Shown: one piece after another, positions 1 through 14,200 of the stretch
Layout of the letters: every line of letters begins with the position of its first letter
Position numbering within the stretch: position 1 is the first letter of the stretch
NCBI RefSeq assembly: GCF_009914755.1
Contig: NC_060926.1
DNA from: the human T2T-CHM13v2.0 reference genome, Homo sapiens
Direction: 5' to 3' (one strand)
Length of the DNA stretch: 64,000 nucleotides
The notes under the pieces: model-generated
Database searches by the model: none
Told to the model about the DNA's origin: nothing
Seen by the model: only the letters and a program-made list of their open reading frames with translations
Position numbers and translations under genes: made by a program

Positions 1-53
1 TGAAACACTCTTTTTGTGGAATCTGCAAGTGGATATTTGTCTAGCTTTGAGGA

Positions 54-70
54 TTTCGTTGGAAACGGGA
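54..70 (+). promoter_or_regulatory. CENP-B box (first example; followed by TTACATATAAAAAGC, repeated once per HOR)
   Basis: TTTCGTTGGAAACGGGA matches the 17-bp CENP-B box consensus YTTCGTTGGAARCGGGA. Confidence 0.96.
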
Positions 71-220
71 TTACATATAAAAAGCAGACAGCAGCATTCC
101 CAGAAACTTCTTTGTGAAGTTTGCATTCAAGTCACAGAGTTGAACATTTCCTTTCATAGAGCAGGTTTGAAACACTCTTTTTGTAGTATCTGTATGTGGA
201 CATTTGGAGCGCTTTCAGGC

Positions 221-237
221 CTATGGTGAAAAAGGAA
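221..237 (+). promoter_or_regulatory. pJalpha-type box of A-type monomer (first example)
   Basis: CTATGGTGAAAAAGGAA sits at the position homologous to the CENP-B box in the alternate monomers, giving A/B monomer alternation. Confidence 0.8.
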
Positions 238-391
238 ATATCTTCCCCTGAAAACTAGACAGAAGCATTCTCAGAATCTTATTTGTGATGTGCGCCCTCA
301 ACTAACAGTGTTGAAGCTTTCTTTTGATAGAGCAGTTTTGAAACACTCTTTTTGTAAAATCTGCAAGAGGATATTTGGATAGCTTTGAGGA

Positions 392-408
392 TTTCGTTGG
401 AAACGGGA
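392..408 (+). promoter_or_regulatory. CENP-B box (second box of the HOR; followed by TTGTCTTCATATAAAC)
   Basis: TTTCGTTGGAAACGGGA, 338 bp after the first box; boxes alternate at ~338/342-bp spacing. Confidence 0.96.
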
Positions 409-2231
409 TTGTCTTCATATAAACTCCAGACAGAAGCATTCTCAGAATCTTCATTGGGATGTTTCAGTTGAAGTCACAGTGTTGAACAGTCCCTTTCATA
501 GAGCAGGTTTGAAACACTCTTTTTGTAGTATCTGGAAGTGGACATTTGGAGCGCTCTCAGGACTGCGGTGAAAAAGGAAATATCTTCCAATAAAAGCTAG
601 ATAGAAGCAATGTCAGAAACTTTCTCATGATGTATCTACTCAGCTAACAGAGTTGAACCTTCCTTTGAGAGAGCAGTTTTGAAACACTCTTTTTGTAGAA
701 TCTGCAAGTGGATATTTGTCTAGCTTTGAGGATTTCGTTGGAAACGGGATTACATATAAAAAGCAGACAGCAGCATTCCCAGAAACTTCTTTGTGATGTT
801 TGCATTCAAGACACAGAGTTGAACATTCCCTTTCATAGAGCAGGTTTGAAACACTCTTTTTGTAGTATCTGGATGTGGACATTTGGAGCGCTTTCAGGCC
901 TATGGTGAAAAAGGAAATATCTTCCCCTGAAAAGTAGACAGAAGCATTCTCAGAATCTTATTTGTGATGTGCGCCCTCAACTAACAGTGTTGAAGCTTTC
1001 TTTTGATAGAGCAGTTTTGAAACACTCTTTTTGTAAAATCTGCAAGAGGATATTTGGATAGCTTTGAGGATTTCTTTGGAAACGGGATTGTCTTCATATA
1101 AACTCTAGACAGAAGCATTCTCAGAAGCTTCATTGGGATGTTTCAATTGAAGTCACAGTGTTGAACAGTCCCTTTCATAGAGCAGGTTTGAAACACTCTT
1201 TTTGTAGTATCTGGATGTGGACATTTGGAGCGCTTTCAGGCCTATGGTGAAAAAGGAAATATCTTCCCCTGAAAACTAGACAGAAGCATTCTCAGAAACT
1301 TATTTGTGATGTGCGCCCTCAACTAACAGTGTTGAAGCTTTCTTTTGATAGAGCAGTTTTGAAACACTCTTTTTGTGGAATCTGCACGTGGATATTTGTC
1401 TAGCTTTGAGGATTTCGTTGGAAACGGGATTACATATAAAAAGCAGACAGCAGCATTCCCAGAAACTTCTTTGTGATGTTTGCATTCAAGTCACAGAGTT
1501 GAACATTCCCTTTCATAGAGCAGGTTTGAAACACTCTTTTTGTAGTATCTGGATGTGGACATTTGGAGCGCTTTCAGGCCTATGGTGAAAAAGGGAATAT
1601 CTTCCCCTGAAAACTAGACAGAAGCATTCTCAGAATCTTATTTGTGATGTGCGCCCTCAACTAACAGTGTTGAAGCTTTCTTTTGATAGAGCAGTTTTGA
1701 AACACTCTTTTTGTAAAATCTGCAAGAGGATATTTGGATAGCTTTGAGGATTTCGTTGGAAACGGGATTGTCTTCATATAAACTCTAGACAGAAGCATTC
1801 TCAGAAGCTTCATTGGGATGTTTCAATTGAAGTCACAGTGTTGAACAGTCCCTTTCATAGAGCAGGTTTGAAACACTCTTTTTGTAGTATCTGGAAGTGG
1901 ACATTTGGAGCGCTCTCAGGACTGCGGTGAAAAAGGAAATATCTTCCAATAAAAGCTACATAGAAGCAATGTCAGAATCTTTTTCATGATGTGTCTACTC
2001 AGCTAACAGAGTTGAACCTTCCTTTGAGAGAGCAGTTTTGAAACACTCTTTTTGTGGAATCTGCAAGTGGATATTTGTCTAGCTTTGAGGATTTCGTTGG
2101 AAACGGGATTACATATAAAAAGCAGACAGCAGCATTCCCAGAAACTTCTTTGTGATATTTGCATTCAAGTCACAGAGTTGAACATTCCCTTTCATAGAGC
2201 AGGTTTGAAACACTCTTTTTGTAGTATCTGG

Positions 2232-5200
2232 ATGTGGACATTTGGAGCGCTTTCAGGCCTATGGTGAAAACGGAAATATCTTCCCCTGAAAACTAGACAG
2301 AAGCATTCTCAGAATCTTATTTGTGATGTGCGCCCTCAACTAACAGTGTTGAAGCTTTCTTTTGATAGAGCAGTTTTGAAACACTCTTTTTGTAAAATCT
2401 GCAATAGGATATTTGGATAGCTTTGAGGATTTCTTTGGAAACGGGATTGTCTTCATATAAACTCTAGACAGAAGCATTCTCAGAAGCTTCATTGGGATGT
2501 TTCAGTTGAAGTCACAGTGTTGAACAGTCCCTTTCATAGAGCAGGTTTGAAACACTCTTTTTGTAGTATCTGGATGTGGACATTTGGAGCGCTTTCAGGC
2601 CTATGGTGAAAAAGGAAATATCTTCCCCTGAAAACTAGACAGAAGCATTCTCAGAAACTTATTTGTGATGTGCGCCCTCAACTAACAGTGTTGAAGGTTT
2701 CTTTTGATAGAGCAGTTTTGAAACACTCTTTTTGTGGAATCTGCACGTGGATATTTGTCTAGCTTTGAGGATTTCGTTGGAAACGGGATTACATATAAAA
2801 AGCAGACAGCAGCATTCCCAGAATCTTCTTTGTGATGTTTTCATTCAAGTCACAGAGTTGAACATTCCCTTTCATAGAGCAGGTTTGAAACACTCTTTTT
2901 ATAGTATCTGGATGTGGACATTTGGAGCGCTTTCAGGCCTATGGTGAAAAAGGAAATATATTCTCCTGAAAACTAGACAGAAGCATTCTCAGAATCTTAT
3001 TTGTGATGTGCGCCCTCAACTAACAGTGTTGAAGCTTTCTTTTGATAGAGCAGTTTTGAAACACTCTTTTTGTAAAATCTGCAAGAGGATATTTGGATAG
3101 CTTTGAGGATTTCGTTGGAAACGGGATTGTCTTCATATAAACTCTAGACAGAAGCATTCTCAGAAGCTTCATTGGGATGTTTCAATTGAAGTCACAGTGT
3201 TGAACAGTCCCTTTCATAGAGCAGGTTTGAAACACTCTTTTTGTAGTATCTCGAAGTGGACATTTGGAGCGCTCTCAGGACTACGGTGAAAAAGGAAGTA
3301 TCTTCCAATAAAAGCTAGATAGAAGCAATGTCAGAAACTTTTTCATGATGTATCTACTCAGCAAACAGAGTTGAACCTTTCTTTTGAGAGAGCAGTTTTG
3401 AAACACTCTTTTTGTGGAATCTGCAAGTGGATATTTGTCTAGCTTTGAGGATTTCGTTGGAAACGGGATTACATATAAAAAGCAGACAGCAGCATTCCCA
3501 GAAACTTCTTTGTGAGGTTTGCATTCAAGTCACACAGTTGAACATTCCCTTTCATAGAGCAGGTTTGAAACACTCTTTTTGTAGTATCTGGATGTGGACA
3601 TTTGGAGCGCTTTCAGGTCTATGGTGAAAAAGGAAATATCTTCCCCTGAAAACTAGACAGAAGCATTCTCAGAAACTTATTTGTGATGTGCGCCCTCAAC
3701 TAACACTGTTGAACCTTTCTTTTGATAGAGCAGTTTTGAAACACTCTTTTTGTAATATCTGCAAGAGGATATTTGGATAGCTTTGAGGATTTCGTTGGAA
3801 ACGGGATTGTCTTCGTATAAACTCTAGACAGAAGCATTCTCAGAAGCTTCATTGGGATGTTTCAATTGAAGTCACAGTGTTGAACAGTCCCTTTCATAGA
3901 GCAGGTTTGAAACACTCTTTTTGTAGTATCTGGAAGTGGACATTTGGAGAGATCTCAGGAATACGGTGATAAAGGAAATATCTTCCAATAAAAGCTAGAT
4001 AGAAGCAATGTCAGAAACTTTTTCATGACGTATCTACTCAGCTAACAGAGTTGAACCTTTCTTTTGAGAGAGCAGTTTTGAAACACTCTTTTTGTGGAAT
4101 CTGCAAGTGGATATTTGTCTAGCTTTGAGGATTTCGTTGGAAACGGGATTACGTATAAAAAGCAGACAGCAGCATTCCCAGAAACTTCTTTGTGAAGTTT
4201 GCATTGAAGTCACAGAGTTGAACATTCCCTTTCATAGAGCAGGTTTGAAACACTCTTTTTGTAGTATCTGTATGTGGACATTTGGAGCGCTTTCAGGCCT
4301 ATGGTGAAAAAGGAAATATCTTCCCCTGAAAACTAGACAGAAGCATTCTCAGAAACTTATTTGTGATGTGCGCCCTCAACTAACAGTGTGGAAGCTTTCT
4401 TTTATAGAGCAGTTTTGAAACACTCTTTTTGTAATATCTGCAAGAGGATATTTGGATAGCTTTGAGGATTTCGTTGGAAACGGGATTGTCTTCATATAAA
4501 CTCTAGACAGAAGCATTCTCAGAAGCTTCATTGGGATGTTTCAATTGAAGTCACAGTGTTGAACAGTCCCTTTCATAGAGCAGGTTTGAAACACTCTTTT
4601 TGTAGTATCTGGAAGTGGACATTTGGAGCGCTCTCAGGACTACGGTGATAAAGGAAATATCTTCCAATAAAAGCTAGATAGAAGCAATGTCAGAAACTTT
4701 TTCATGATGTATCTACTCAGCTAACAGAGTTGAACCTTTCTTTTGAGAGAGCAGTTTTGAAACACTCTTTTTGTGGAATCTGCAAGTGGATATTTGTCTA
4801 GCTTTGAGGATTTCGTTGGAAACGGGATTACATATAAAAACCAGACAGCAGCATTCCCAGAATCTTCTTTGTGATGTTTGCATTCAAGTCACAGAGTTGA
4901 ACATTCCCTTTCATAGAGCAGGTTTGAAACACTCTTTTTGTAGTATCTGGATGTGGACATTTGGAGCGCTTTCAGGCCTATGGTGAAAAAGGAAATATCT
5001 TCCCCTGAAAACTAGACAGAAGCATTCTCAGAATCTTATTTGTGATGTGCGCCCTCAACTAACAGTGTTGAAGCTTTCTTTTGATAGAGCAGTTTTGAAA
5101 CACTCTTTTTGTAAAATCTGCAAGAGGATATTTGGATAGCTTTGAGGATTTCGTTGGAAACGGGATTGTCTTCATATAAACTCCAGACAGAAGCATTCTC

Positions 5201-8200
5201 AGAAGCTTCATTGGGATGTTTCAGTTGAAGTCACAGTGTTGAACAGTCCCTTTCATAGAGCAGGTTTGAAACACTCTTTTTGTAGTATCTGGAAGTGGAC
5301 ATTTGGAGCGCTCTCAGGACTGCGGTGAAAAAGGAAATATCTTCCAATAAAAGCTAGATAGAAGCAATGTCAGAAACTTTTTCATGATGTATCTACTCAG
5401 CTAACAGAGTTGAACCTTCCTTTGAGAGAGCAGTTTTGAAACACTCTTTTTGTGGAATCTGCAAGTGGATATTTGTCTAGCTTTGAGGATTTCGTTGGAA
5501 ACGGGATTACATATAAAAAGCAGACAGCAGCATTCCCAGAAACTTCTTTGTGATGTTTGCATTCAAGTCACAGAGTTGAACATTCCCTTTCATAGAGCAG
5601 GTTTGAAACACTCTTTTTGTAGTATCTGGATGTGGACATTTGGAGCGCTTTCAGGCCTATGGTGAAAAAGGAAATATCTTCCCCTGAAAACTAGACAGAA
5701 GCATTCTCAGAATCTTATTTGTGATGTGCGCCCTCAACTAACAGTGTTGAAGCTTTCTTTTGATAGAGCAGTTTTGAAACACTCTTTTTGTAAAATCTGC
5801 AAGAGGATATTTGGATAGCTTTGAGGATTTCGTTGGAAACGGGATTGTCTTCATATAAACTCTAGACAGAAGCATTCTCAGAAGCTTCATTGGGATGTTT
5901 CAATTGAAGTCACAGTGTTGAACAGTCCCTTTCATAGAGCAGGTTTGAAACACTCTTTTTGTAGTATCTGGAAGTGGACATTTGGAGCGCTCTCAGGACT
6001 GCGGTGAAAAAGGAAATATCTTCCAATAAAAGCTACATAGAAGCAATGTCAGAATCTTTTTCATGATGTGTCTACTCAGCTAACAGAGTTGAACCTTCCT
6101 TTGAGAGAGCAGTTTTGAAACACTCTTTTTGTGGAATCTGCAAGTGGATATTTGTCTAGCTTTGAGGATTTCGTTGGAAACGGGATTACATATAAAAAGC
6201 AGACAGCAGCATTCCCAGAAACTTCTTTGTGATATTTGCATTCAAGTCACAGAGTTGAACATTCCCTTTCATAGAGCAGGTTTGAAACACTCTTTTTGTA
6301 GTATCTGGATGTGGACATTTGGAGCGCTTTCAGGCCTATGGTGAAAACGGAAATATCTTCCCCTGAAAACTAGACAGAAGCATTCTCAGAATCTTATTTG
6401 TGATGTGCGCCCTCAACTAACAGTGTTGAAGCTTTCTTTTGATAGAGCAGTTTTGAAACACTCTTTTTGTAAAATCTGCAAGAGGATATTTGGATAGCTT
6501 TGAGGATTTCGTTGGAAACGGGATTGTCTTCATATAAACTCTAGACAGAAGCATTCTCAGAAGCTTCATTGGGATGTTTCAATTGAAGTCACAGTGTTGA
6601 ACAGTCCCTTTCATAGAGCAGGTTTGAAACACTCTTTTTGTAGTATCTGGAAGTGGACATTTGGAGAGATCTCAGGAATACGGTGATAAAGGAAATATCT
6701 TCCAATAAAAGCTAGATAGAAGCAATGTCAGAAACTTTTTCATGATGTATCTACTCAGCTAAAAGAGTTGAACCTTTCTTTTGAAAGAGCAGTTTTGAAA
6801 CACTCTTTTTGTGGAATCTGCAAGTGGATATTTGTCTAGCTTTGAGGATTTCGTTGGAAACGGGATTACATATAAAAAGCAGACAGCAGCATTCCCAGAA
6901 ACTTCTTTGAGAAGTTTGCATTCAAGTCACAGAGTTGAACATTCCCTTTCATAGAGCAGGTTTGAAACACTCTTTTTGTAGTATCTGGATGTGGACATTT
7001 GCAGCGCTTTCAGGTCTATGGTGAAAAAGGAAATATCTTCCCCTGAAAACTAGACAGAAGCATTCTCAGAATCTTATTTGTGATGTGCGCCCTCAACTAA
7101 CAGTGTTGAAGCTTTCTTTTGATAGAGCAGTTTTGAAACACTCTTTTTGTAAAATCTGCAAGAGGATATTTTGATAGCTTTGAGGATTTCGTTGGAAACG
7201 GGATTGTCTTCATATAAACTCTAGACAGAAGCATTCTCAGAAGCTTCATTGGGATGTTTCAATTGAAGTCACAGTGTTGAACAGTCCCTTTCATAGAGCA
7301 AGTTTGAAACACTCTTTTTGTAGTATCTGGAAGTGGACATTTGGAGCGCTCTCAGGACTACGGTGATAAAGGAAATATCTTCCAATAAAAGCTAGATAGA
7401 AGCAATGTCAGAAACTTTTTCATGATGTATCTACTCAGCTAACAGAGTTGAACCTTTCTTTTGAGAGAGCAGTTTTGAAACACTCTTTTTGTGGAATCTG
7501 CAAGTGGATATTTGTCTAGCTTTGAGGATTTCGTTGGAAACGGGATTACATATAAAAACCAGACAGCAGCATTCCCAGAATCTTCTTTGTGATGTTTGCA
7601 TTCAAGTCACAGAGTTGAACATTCCCTTTCATAGAGCAGGTTTGAAACACTCTTTTTGTAGTATCTGGATGTGGACATTTGGAGCGCTTTCAGGCCTATG
7701 GTGAAAAAGGAAATATCTTCCCCTGAAAACTAGACAGAAGCATTCTCAGAATCTTATTTGTGATGTGCGCCCTCAACTAACAGTGTTGAACCTTTCTTTT
7801 GATAGAGCAGTTTTGAAACACTCTTTTTGTAAAATCTGCAAGAGGATATTTGGATAGCTTTGAGGATTTCGTTGGAAACGGGATTGTCTTCATATAAACT
7901 CCAGACAGAAGCATTCTCAGAATCTTCATTGGGATGTTTCAGTTGAAGTCACAGTGTTGAACAGTCCCTTTCATAGAGCAGGTTTGAAACACTCTTTTTG
8001 TAGTATCTGGAAGTGGACTTTTGGAGCGCTCTCAGGACTGCGGTGAAAAAGGAAATATCTTCCAATAAAAGCTAGATAGAAGCAATGTCAGAAACTTTTT
8101 CATGATGTATCTACTCAGCTAACAGAGTTGAACCTTCCTTTGAGAGAGCAGTTTTGAAACACTCTTTTTGTGGAATCTGCAAGTGGATATTTGTCTAGCT

Positions 8201-11200
8201 TTGAGGATTTCGTTGGAAACGGGATTACATATAAAAAGCAGACAGCAGCATTCCCAGAAACTTCTTTGTGATGTTTGCATTCAAGACACAGAGTTGAACA
8301 TTCCCTTTCATAGAGCAGGTTTGAAACACTCTTTTTGTAGTATCTGGATGTGGACATTTGGAGCGCTTTCAGGCCTATGGTGAAAAAGGGAATATCTTCC
8401 CCTGAAAACTAGACAGAAGCATTCTCAGAATCTTATTTGTGATGTGCGCCCTCAACTAACAGTGTTGAAGCTTTCTTTTGATAGAGCAGTTTTGAAACAC
8501 TCTTTTTGTAAAATCTGCAAGAGGATATTTGGATAGCTTTGAGGATTTCGTTGGAAACGGGATTGTCTTCATATAAACTCTAGACAGAAGCATTCTCAGA
8601 AGCTTCATTGGGATGTTTCAATTGAAGTCACAGTGTTGACCAGTCCCTTTCATAGAGCAGGTTTGAAACACTCTTTTTGTAGTATCTGGAAGTGGACATT
8701 TGGAGCGCTCTCAGGACTGCGGTGAAAAAGGAAATATCTTCCAATAAAAGCTACATAGAAGCAATGTCAGAATCTTTTTCATGATGTGTCTACTCAGCTA
8801 ACAGAGTTGAACCTTCCTTTGAGAGAGCAGTTTTGAAACACTCTTTTTGTGGAATCTGCAAGTGGATATTTGTCTAGCTTTGAGGATTTCGTTGGAAACG
8901 GGATTACATATAAAAAGCAGACAGCAGCATTCCCAGAAACTTCTTTGTGATATTTGCATTCAAGTCACAGAGTTGAACATTCCCTTTCATAGAGCAGGTT
9001 TGAAACACTCTTTTTGTAGTATCTGGATGTGGACATTTGGAGCGCTTTCAGTCCTATGGTGAAAACGGAAATATCTTCCCCTGAAAACTAGACAGAAGCA
9101 TTCTCAGAATCTTATTTGTGATGTGCGCCCTCAACTAACAGTGTTGAAGCTTTCTTTTGATAGAGCAGTTTTGAAACACTCTTTTTGTAAAATCTGCAAG
9201 AGGATATTTGGATAGCTTTGAAGATTTCGTTGGAAACGGGATTGTCTTCATATAAACTCTAGACAGAAGCATTCTCAGAAGCTTCATTGGGATGTTTCAG
9301 TTGAAGTCACAGTGTTGAACAGTCCCTTTCATAGAGCAGGTTTGAAACACTCTTTTTGTAGTATCTGGAAGTGGACATTTGGAGCGCTCTCAGGACTGCG
9401 GTGAAAAAGGAAGTATCTTCCAATAAAAGCTACATAGAAGCAATGTCAGAAACTTTTTCGTGAAGTATCTACTCAGCTAACAGAGTTGAACCTTTCTTTT
9501 GAGAGAGCAGTTTTGAAACACTCTTTTTGTGGAATCTGCAAGTGGATATTTGTCTAGCTTTGAGGATTTCGTTGGAAACGGGATTACATATAAAAAGCAG
9601 ACAGCAGCATTCCCAGAAACTTCTTTGTGATGTTTGCATTCAAGTCACACAGTTGAACATTCCCTTTCATAGAGCAGGTTTGAAACACTCTTTTTGTAGT
9701 ATCTGGATGTGGACATTTGGAGCGCTTTCAGCCCTATGGTGAAAAAGGAAATATCTTCTCCTGAAAACTAGACAGAAGCATTCTCAGAATCTTATTTGTG
9801 ATGTGCGCCCTCAACTAACAGTGTTGAAGCTTTCTTTTGATAGAGCAGTTTTGAAACACTCTTTTCGTAAAATCTGCAAGAGGATATTTTGATAGCTTTG
9901 AGGATTTCGTTGGAAACGGGATTGTCTTCATATAAACTCTAGACAGAAGCATTCTCAGAAGCTTCATTGGGATGTTTCAATTGAAGTCACAGTGTTGAAC
10001 AGTCCCTTTCATAGAGCAGGTTTGAAACACTCTTTTTGTAGTATCTGGAAGTGGACATTTGGAGAGATCTCAGGAATACGGTGATAAAGGAAATATCTTC
10101 CAATAAAAGCTAGATAGAAGCAATGTCAGAAACTTTTTCATGATGTATCTACTCAGCTAAAAGAGTTGAACCTTTCTTTTGAAAGAGCAGTTTTGAAACA
10201 CTCTTTTTGTGGAATCTGCAAGTGGATATTTGTCTAGCTTTGAGGATTTCGTTGGAAACGGGATTACATATAAAAAGCAGACAGCAGCATTCCCAGAAAC
10301 TTCTTTGTGATGTTTGCATTCAAGTCACACAGTTGAACATTCCCTTTCATAGAGCAGGTTTGAAACACTCTTTTTGTAGTATCTGGATGTGGACATTTGG
10401 AGCGCTTTCAGGTCTATGGTGAAAAAGGAAATATCTTCCCCTGAAAACTAGACAGAAGCATTCTCAGAAACTTATTTGTGATGTGCGCCCTCAACTAACA
10501 GTGTTGAACCTTTCTTTTGATAGAGCAGTTTTGAAACACTCTTTTTGTAATATCTGCAAGAGGATATTTGGATAGCTTTGAGGATTTCGTTGGAAACGGG
10601 ATTGTCTTCATATAAACTCTAGACAGAAGCATTCTCAGAAGCTTCATTGGGATGTTTCAATTGAAATCACAGTGTTGAACAGTCCCTTTCATAGAGCAGG
10701 TTTGAAACACTCTTTTTGTAGTATCTGGAAGTGGACATTTGGAGAGATCTCAGGAATACGGTGATAAAGGAAATATCTTCCAATAAAAGCTAGATAGAAG
10801 CAATGTCAGAAACTTTTTCGTGATGTATCTACTCAGCTAACAGAGTTGAACCTTTCTTTTGAGAGAGCAGTTTTGAAACACTCTTTTTGTGGAATCTGCA
10901 AGTGGATATTTGTCTAGCTTTGAGGATTTCGTTGGAAACGGGATTACATATAAAAAGCAGACAGCAGCATTCCCAGAAACTTCTTTGTGAAGTTTGCATT
11001 CAAGTCACAGAGTTGAACATTCCCTTTCATAGAGCAGGTTTGAAACACTCTTTTTGTAGTATCTGTATGTGGACATTTGGAGCGCTTTCAGGCCTATGGT
11101 GAAAACGGAAATATCTTCCCCTGAAAACTAGACAGAAGCATTCTCAGAATCTTATTTGTGATGTGCGCCCTCAACTAACAGTGTTGAAGCTTTCTTTTGA

Positions 11201-14200
11201 TAGAGCAGTTTTGAAACACTCTTTTTGTAAAATCTGCAATAGGATATTTGGATAGCTTTGAGGATTTCTTTGGAAACGGGATTGTCTTCATATAAACTCT
11301 AGACAGAAGCATTCTCAGAAGCTTCATTGGGATGTTTCAGTTGAAGTCACAGTGTTGAACAGTCCCTTTCATAGAGCAGGTTTGAAACACTCTTTTTGTA
11401 GTATCTGGATGTGGACATTTGGAGCGCTTTCAGGCCTATGGTGAAAAAGGAAATATCTTCCCCTGAAAACTAGACAGAAGCATTCTCAGAAACTTATTTG
11501 TGATGTGCGCCCTCAACTAACAGTGTTGAAGGTTTCTTTTGATAGAGCAGTTTTGAAACACTCTTTTTGTGGAATCTGCACGTGGATATTTGTCTAGCTT
11601 TGAGGATTTCGTTGGAAACGGGATTACATATAAAAAGCAGACAGCAGCATTCCCAGAATCTTCTTTGTGATGTTTTCATTCAAGTCACAGAGTTGAACAT
11701 TCCCTTTCATAGAGCAGGTTTGAAACACTCTTTTTATAGTATCTGGATGTGGACATTTGGAGCGCTTTCAGGCCTATGGTGAAAAAGGAAATATATTCTC
11801 CTGAAAACTAGACAGAAGCATTCTCAGAATCTTATTTGTGATGTGCGCCCTCAACTAACAGTGTTGAAGCTTTCTTTTGATAGAGCAGTTTTGAAACACT
11901 CTTTTTGTAAAATCTGCAAGAGGATATTTGGATAGCTTTGAGGATTTCGTTGGAAACGGGATTGTCTTCATATAAACTCTAGACAGAAGCATTCTCAGAA
12001 GCTTCATTGGGATGTTTCAATTGAAGTCACAGTGTTGAACAGTCCCTTTCATAGAGCAGGTTTGAAACACTCTTTTTGTAGTATCTCGAAGTGGACATTT
12101 GGAGCGCTCTCAGGACTACGGTGAAAAAGGAAGTATCTTCCAATAAAAGCTAGATAGAAGCAATGTCAGAAACTTTTTCATGATGTATCTACTCAGCAAA
12201 CAGAGTTGAACCTTTCTTTTGAGAGAGCAGTTTTGAAACACTCTTTTTGTGGAATCTGCAAGTGGATATTTGTCTAGCTTTGAGGATTTCGTTGGAAACG
12301 GGATTACATATAAAAAGCAGACAGCAGCATTCCCAGAAACTTCTTTGTGAGGTTTGCATTCAAGTCACACAGTTGAACATTCCCTTTCATAGAGCAGGTT
12401 TGAAACACTCTTTTTGTAGTATCTGGATGTGGACATTTGGAGCGCTTTCAGGTCTATGGTGAAAAAGGAAATATCTTCCCCTGAAAACTAGACAGAAGCA
12501 TTCTCAGAAACTTATTTGTGATGTGCGCCCTCAACTAACACTGTTGAACCTTTCTTTTGATAGAGCAGTTTTGAAACACTCTTTTTGTAATATCTGCAAG
12601 AGGATATTTGGATAGCTTTGAGGATTTCGTTGGAAACGGGATTGTCTTCGTATAAACTCTAGACAGAAGCATTCTCAGAAGCTTCATTGGGATGTTTCAA
12701 TTGAAGTCACAGTGTTGAACAGTCCCTTTCATAGAGCAGGTTTGAAACACTCTTTTTGTAGTATCTGGAAGTGGACATTTGGAGAGATCTCAGGAATACG
12801 GTGATAAAGGAAATATCTTCCAATAAAAGCTAGATAGAAGCAATGTCAGAAACTTTTTCATGACGTATCTACTCAGCTAACAGAGTTGAACCTTTCTTTT
12901 GAGAGAGCAGTTTTGAAACACTCTTTTTGTGGAATCTGCAAGTGGATATTTGTCTAGCTTTGAGGATTTCGTTGGAAACGGGATTACGTATAAAAAGCAG
13001 ACAGCAGCATTCCCAGAAACTTCTTTGTGAAGTTTGCATTGAAGTCACAGAGTTGAACATTCCCTTTCATAGAGCAGGTTTGAAACACTCTTTTTGTAGT
13101 ATCTGTATGTGGACATTTGGAGCGCTTTCAGGCCTATGGTGAAAAAGGAAATATCTTCCCCTGAAAACTAGACAGAAGCATTCTCAGAAACTTATTTGTG
13201 ATGTGCGCCCTCAACTAACAGTGTGGAAGCTTTCTTTTATAGAGCAGTTTTGAAACACTCTTTTTGTAATATCTGCAAGAGGATATTTGGATAGCTTTGA
13301 GGATTTCGTTGGAAACGGGATTGTCTTCATATAAACTCTAGACAGAAGCATTCTCAGAAGCTTCATTGGGATGTTTCAATTGAAGTCACAGTGTTGAACA
13401 GTCCCTTTCATAGAGCAGGTTTGAAACACTCTTTTTGTAGTATCTGGAAGTGGACATTTGGAGCGCTCTCAGGACTACGGTGATAAAGGAAATATCTTCC
13501 AATAAAAGCTAGATAGAAGCAATGTCAGAAACTTTTTCATGATGTATCTACTCAGCTAACAGAGTTGAACCTTTCTTTTGAGAGAGCAGTTTTGAAACAC
13601 TCTTTTTGTGGAATCTGCAAGTGGATATTTGTCTAGCTTTGAGGATTTCGTTGGAAACGGGATTACATATAAAAACCAGACAGCAGCATTCCCAGAATCT
13701 TCTTTGTGATGTTTGCATTCAAGTCACAGAGTTGAACATTCCCTTTCATAGAGCAGGTTTGAAACACTCTTTTTGTAGTATCTGGATGTGGACATTTGGA
13801 GCGCTTTCAGGCCTATGGTGAAAAAGGAAATATCTTCCCCTGAAAACTAGACAGAAGCATTCTCAGAATCTTATTTGTGATGTGCGCCCTCAACTAACAG
13901 TGTTGAAGCTTTCTTTTGATAGAGCAGTTTTGAAACACTCTTTTTGTAAAATCTGCAAGAGGATATTTGGATAGCTTTGAGGATTTCGTTGGAAACGGGA
14001 TTGTCTTCATATAAACTCCAGACAGAAGCATTCTCAGAAGCTTCATTGGGATGTTTCAGTTGAAGTCACAGTGTTGAACAGTCCCTTTCATAGAGCAGGT
14101 TTGAAACACTCTTTTTGTAGTATCTGGAAGTGGACATTTGGAGCGCTCTCAGGACTGCGGTGAAAAAGGAAATATCTTCCAATAAAAGCTAGATAGAAGC

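Noticed and set aside
76-594. TATAAAA and AATAAA motifs resembling TATA box and polyadenylation signal
   Set aside because: They are fixed parts of the AT-rich monomers repeated in every HOR. Nothing in the sequence supports promoter or terminator function.
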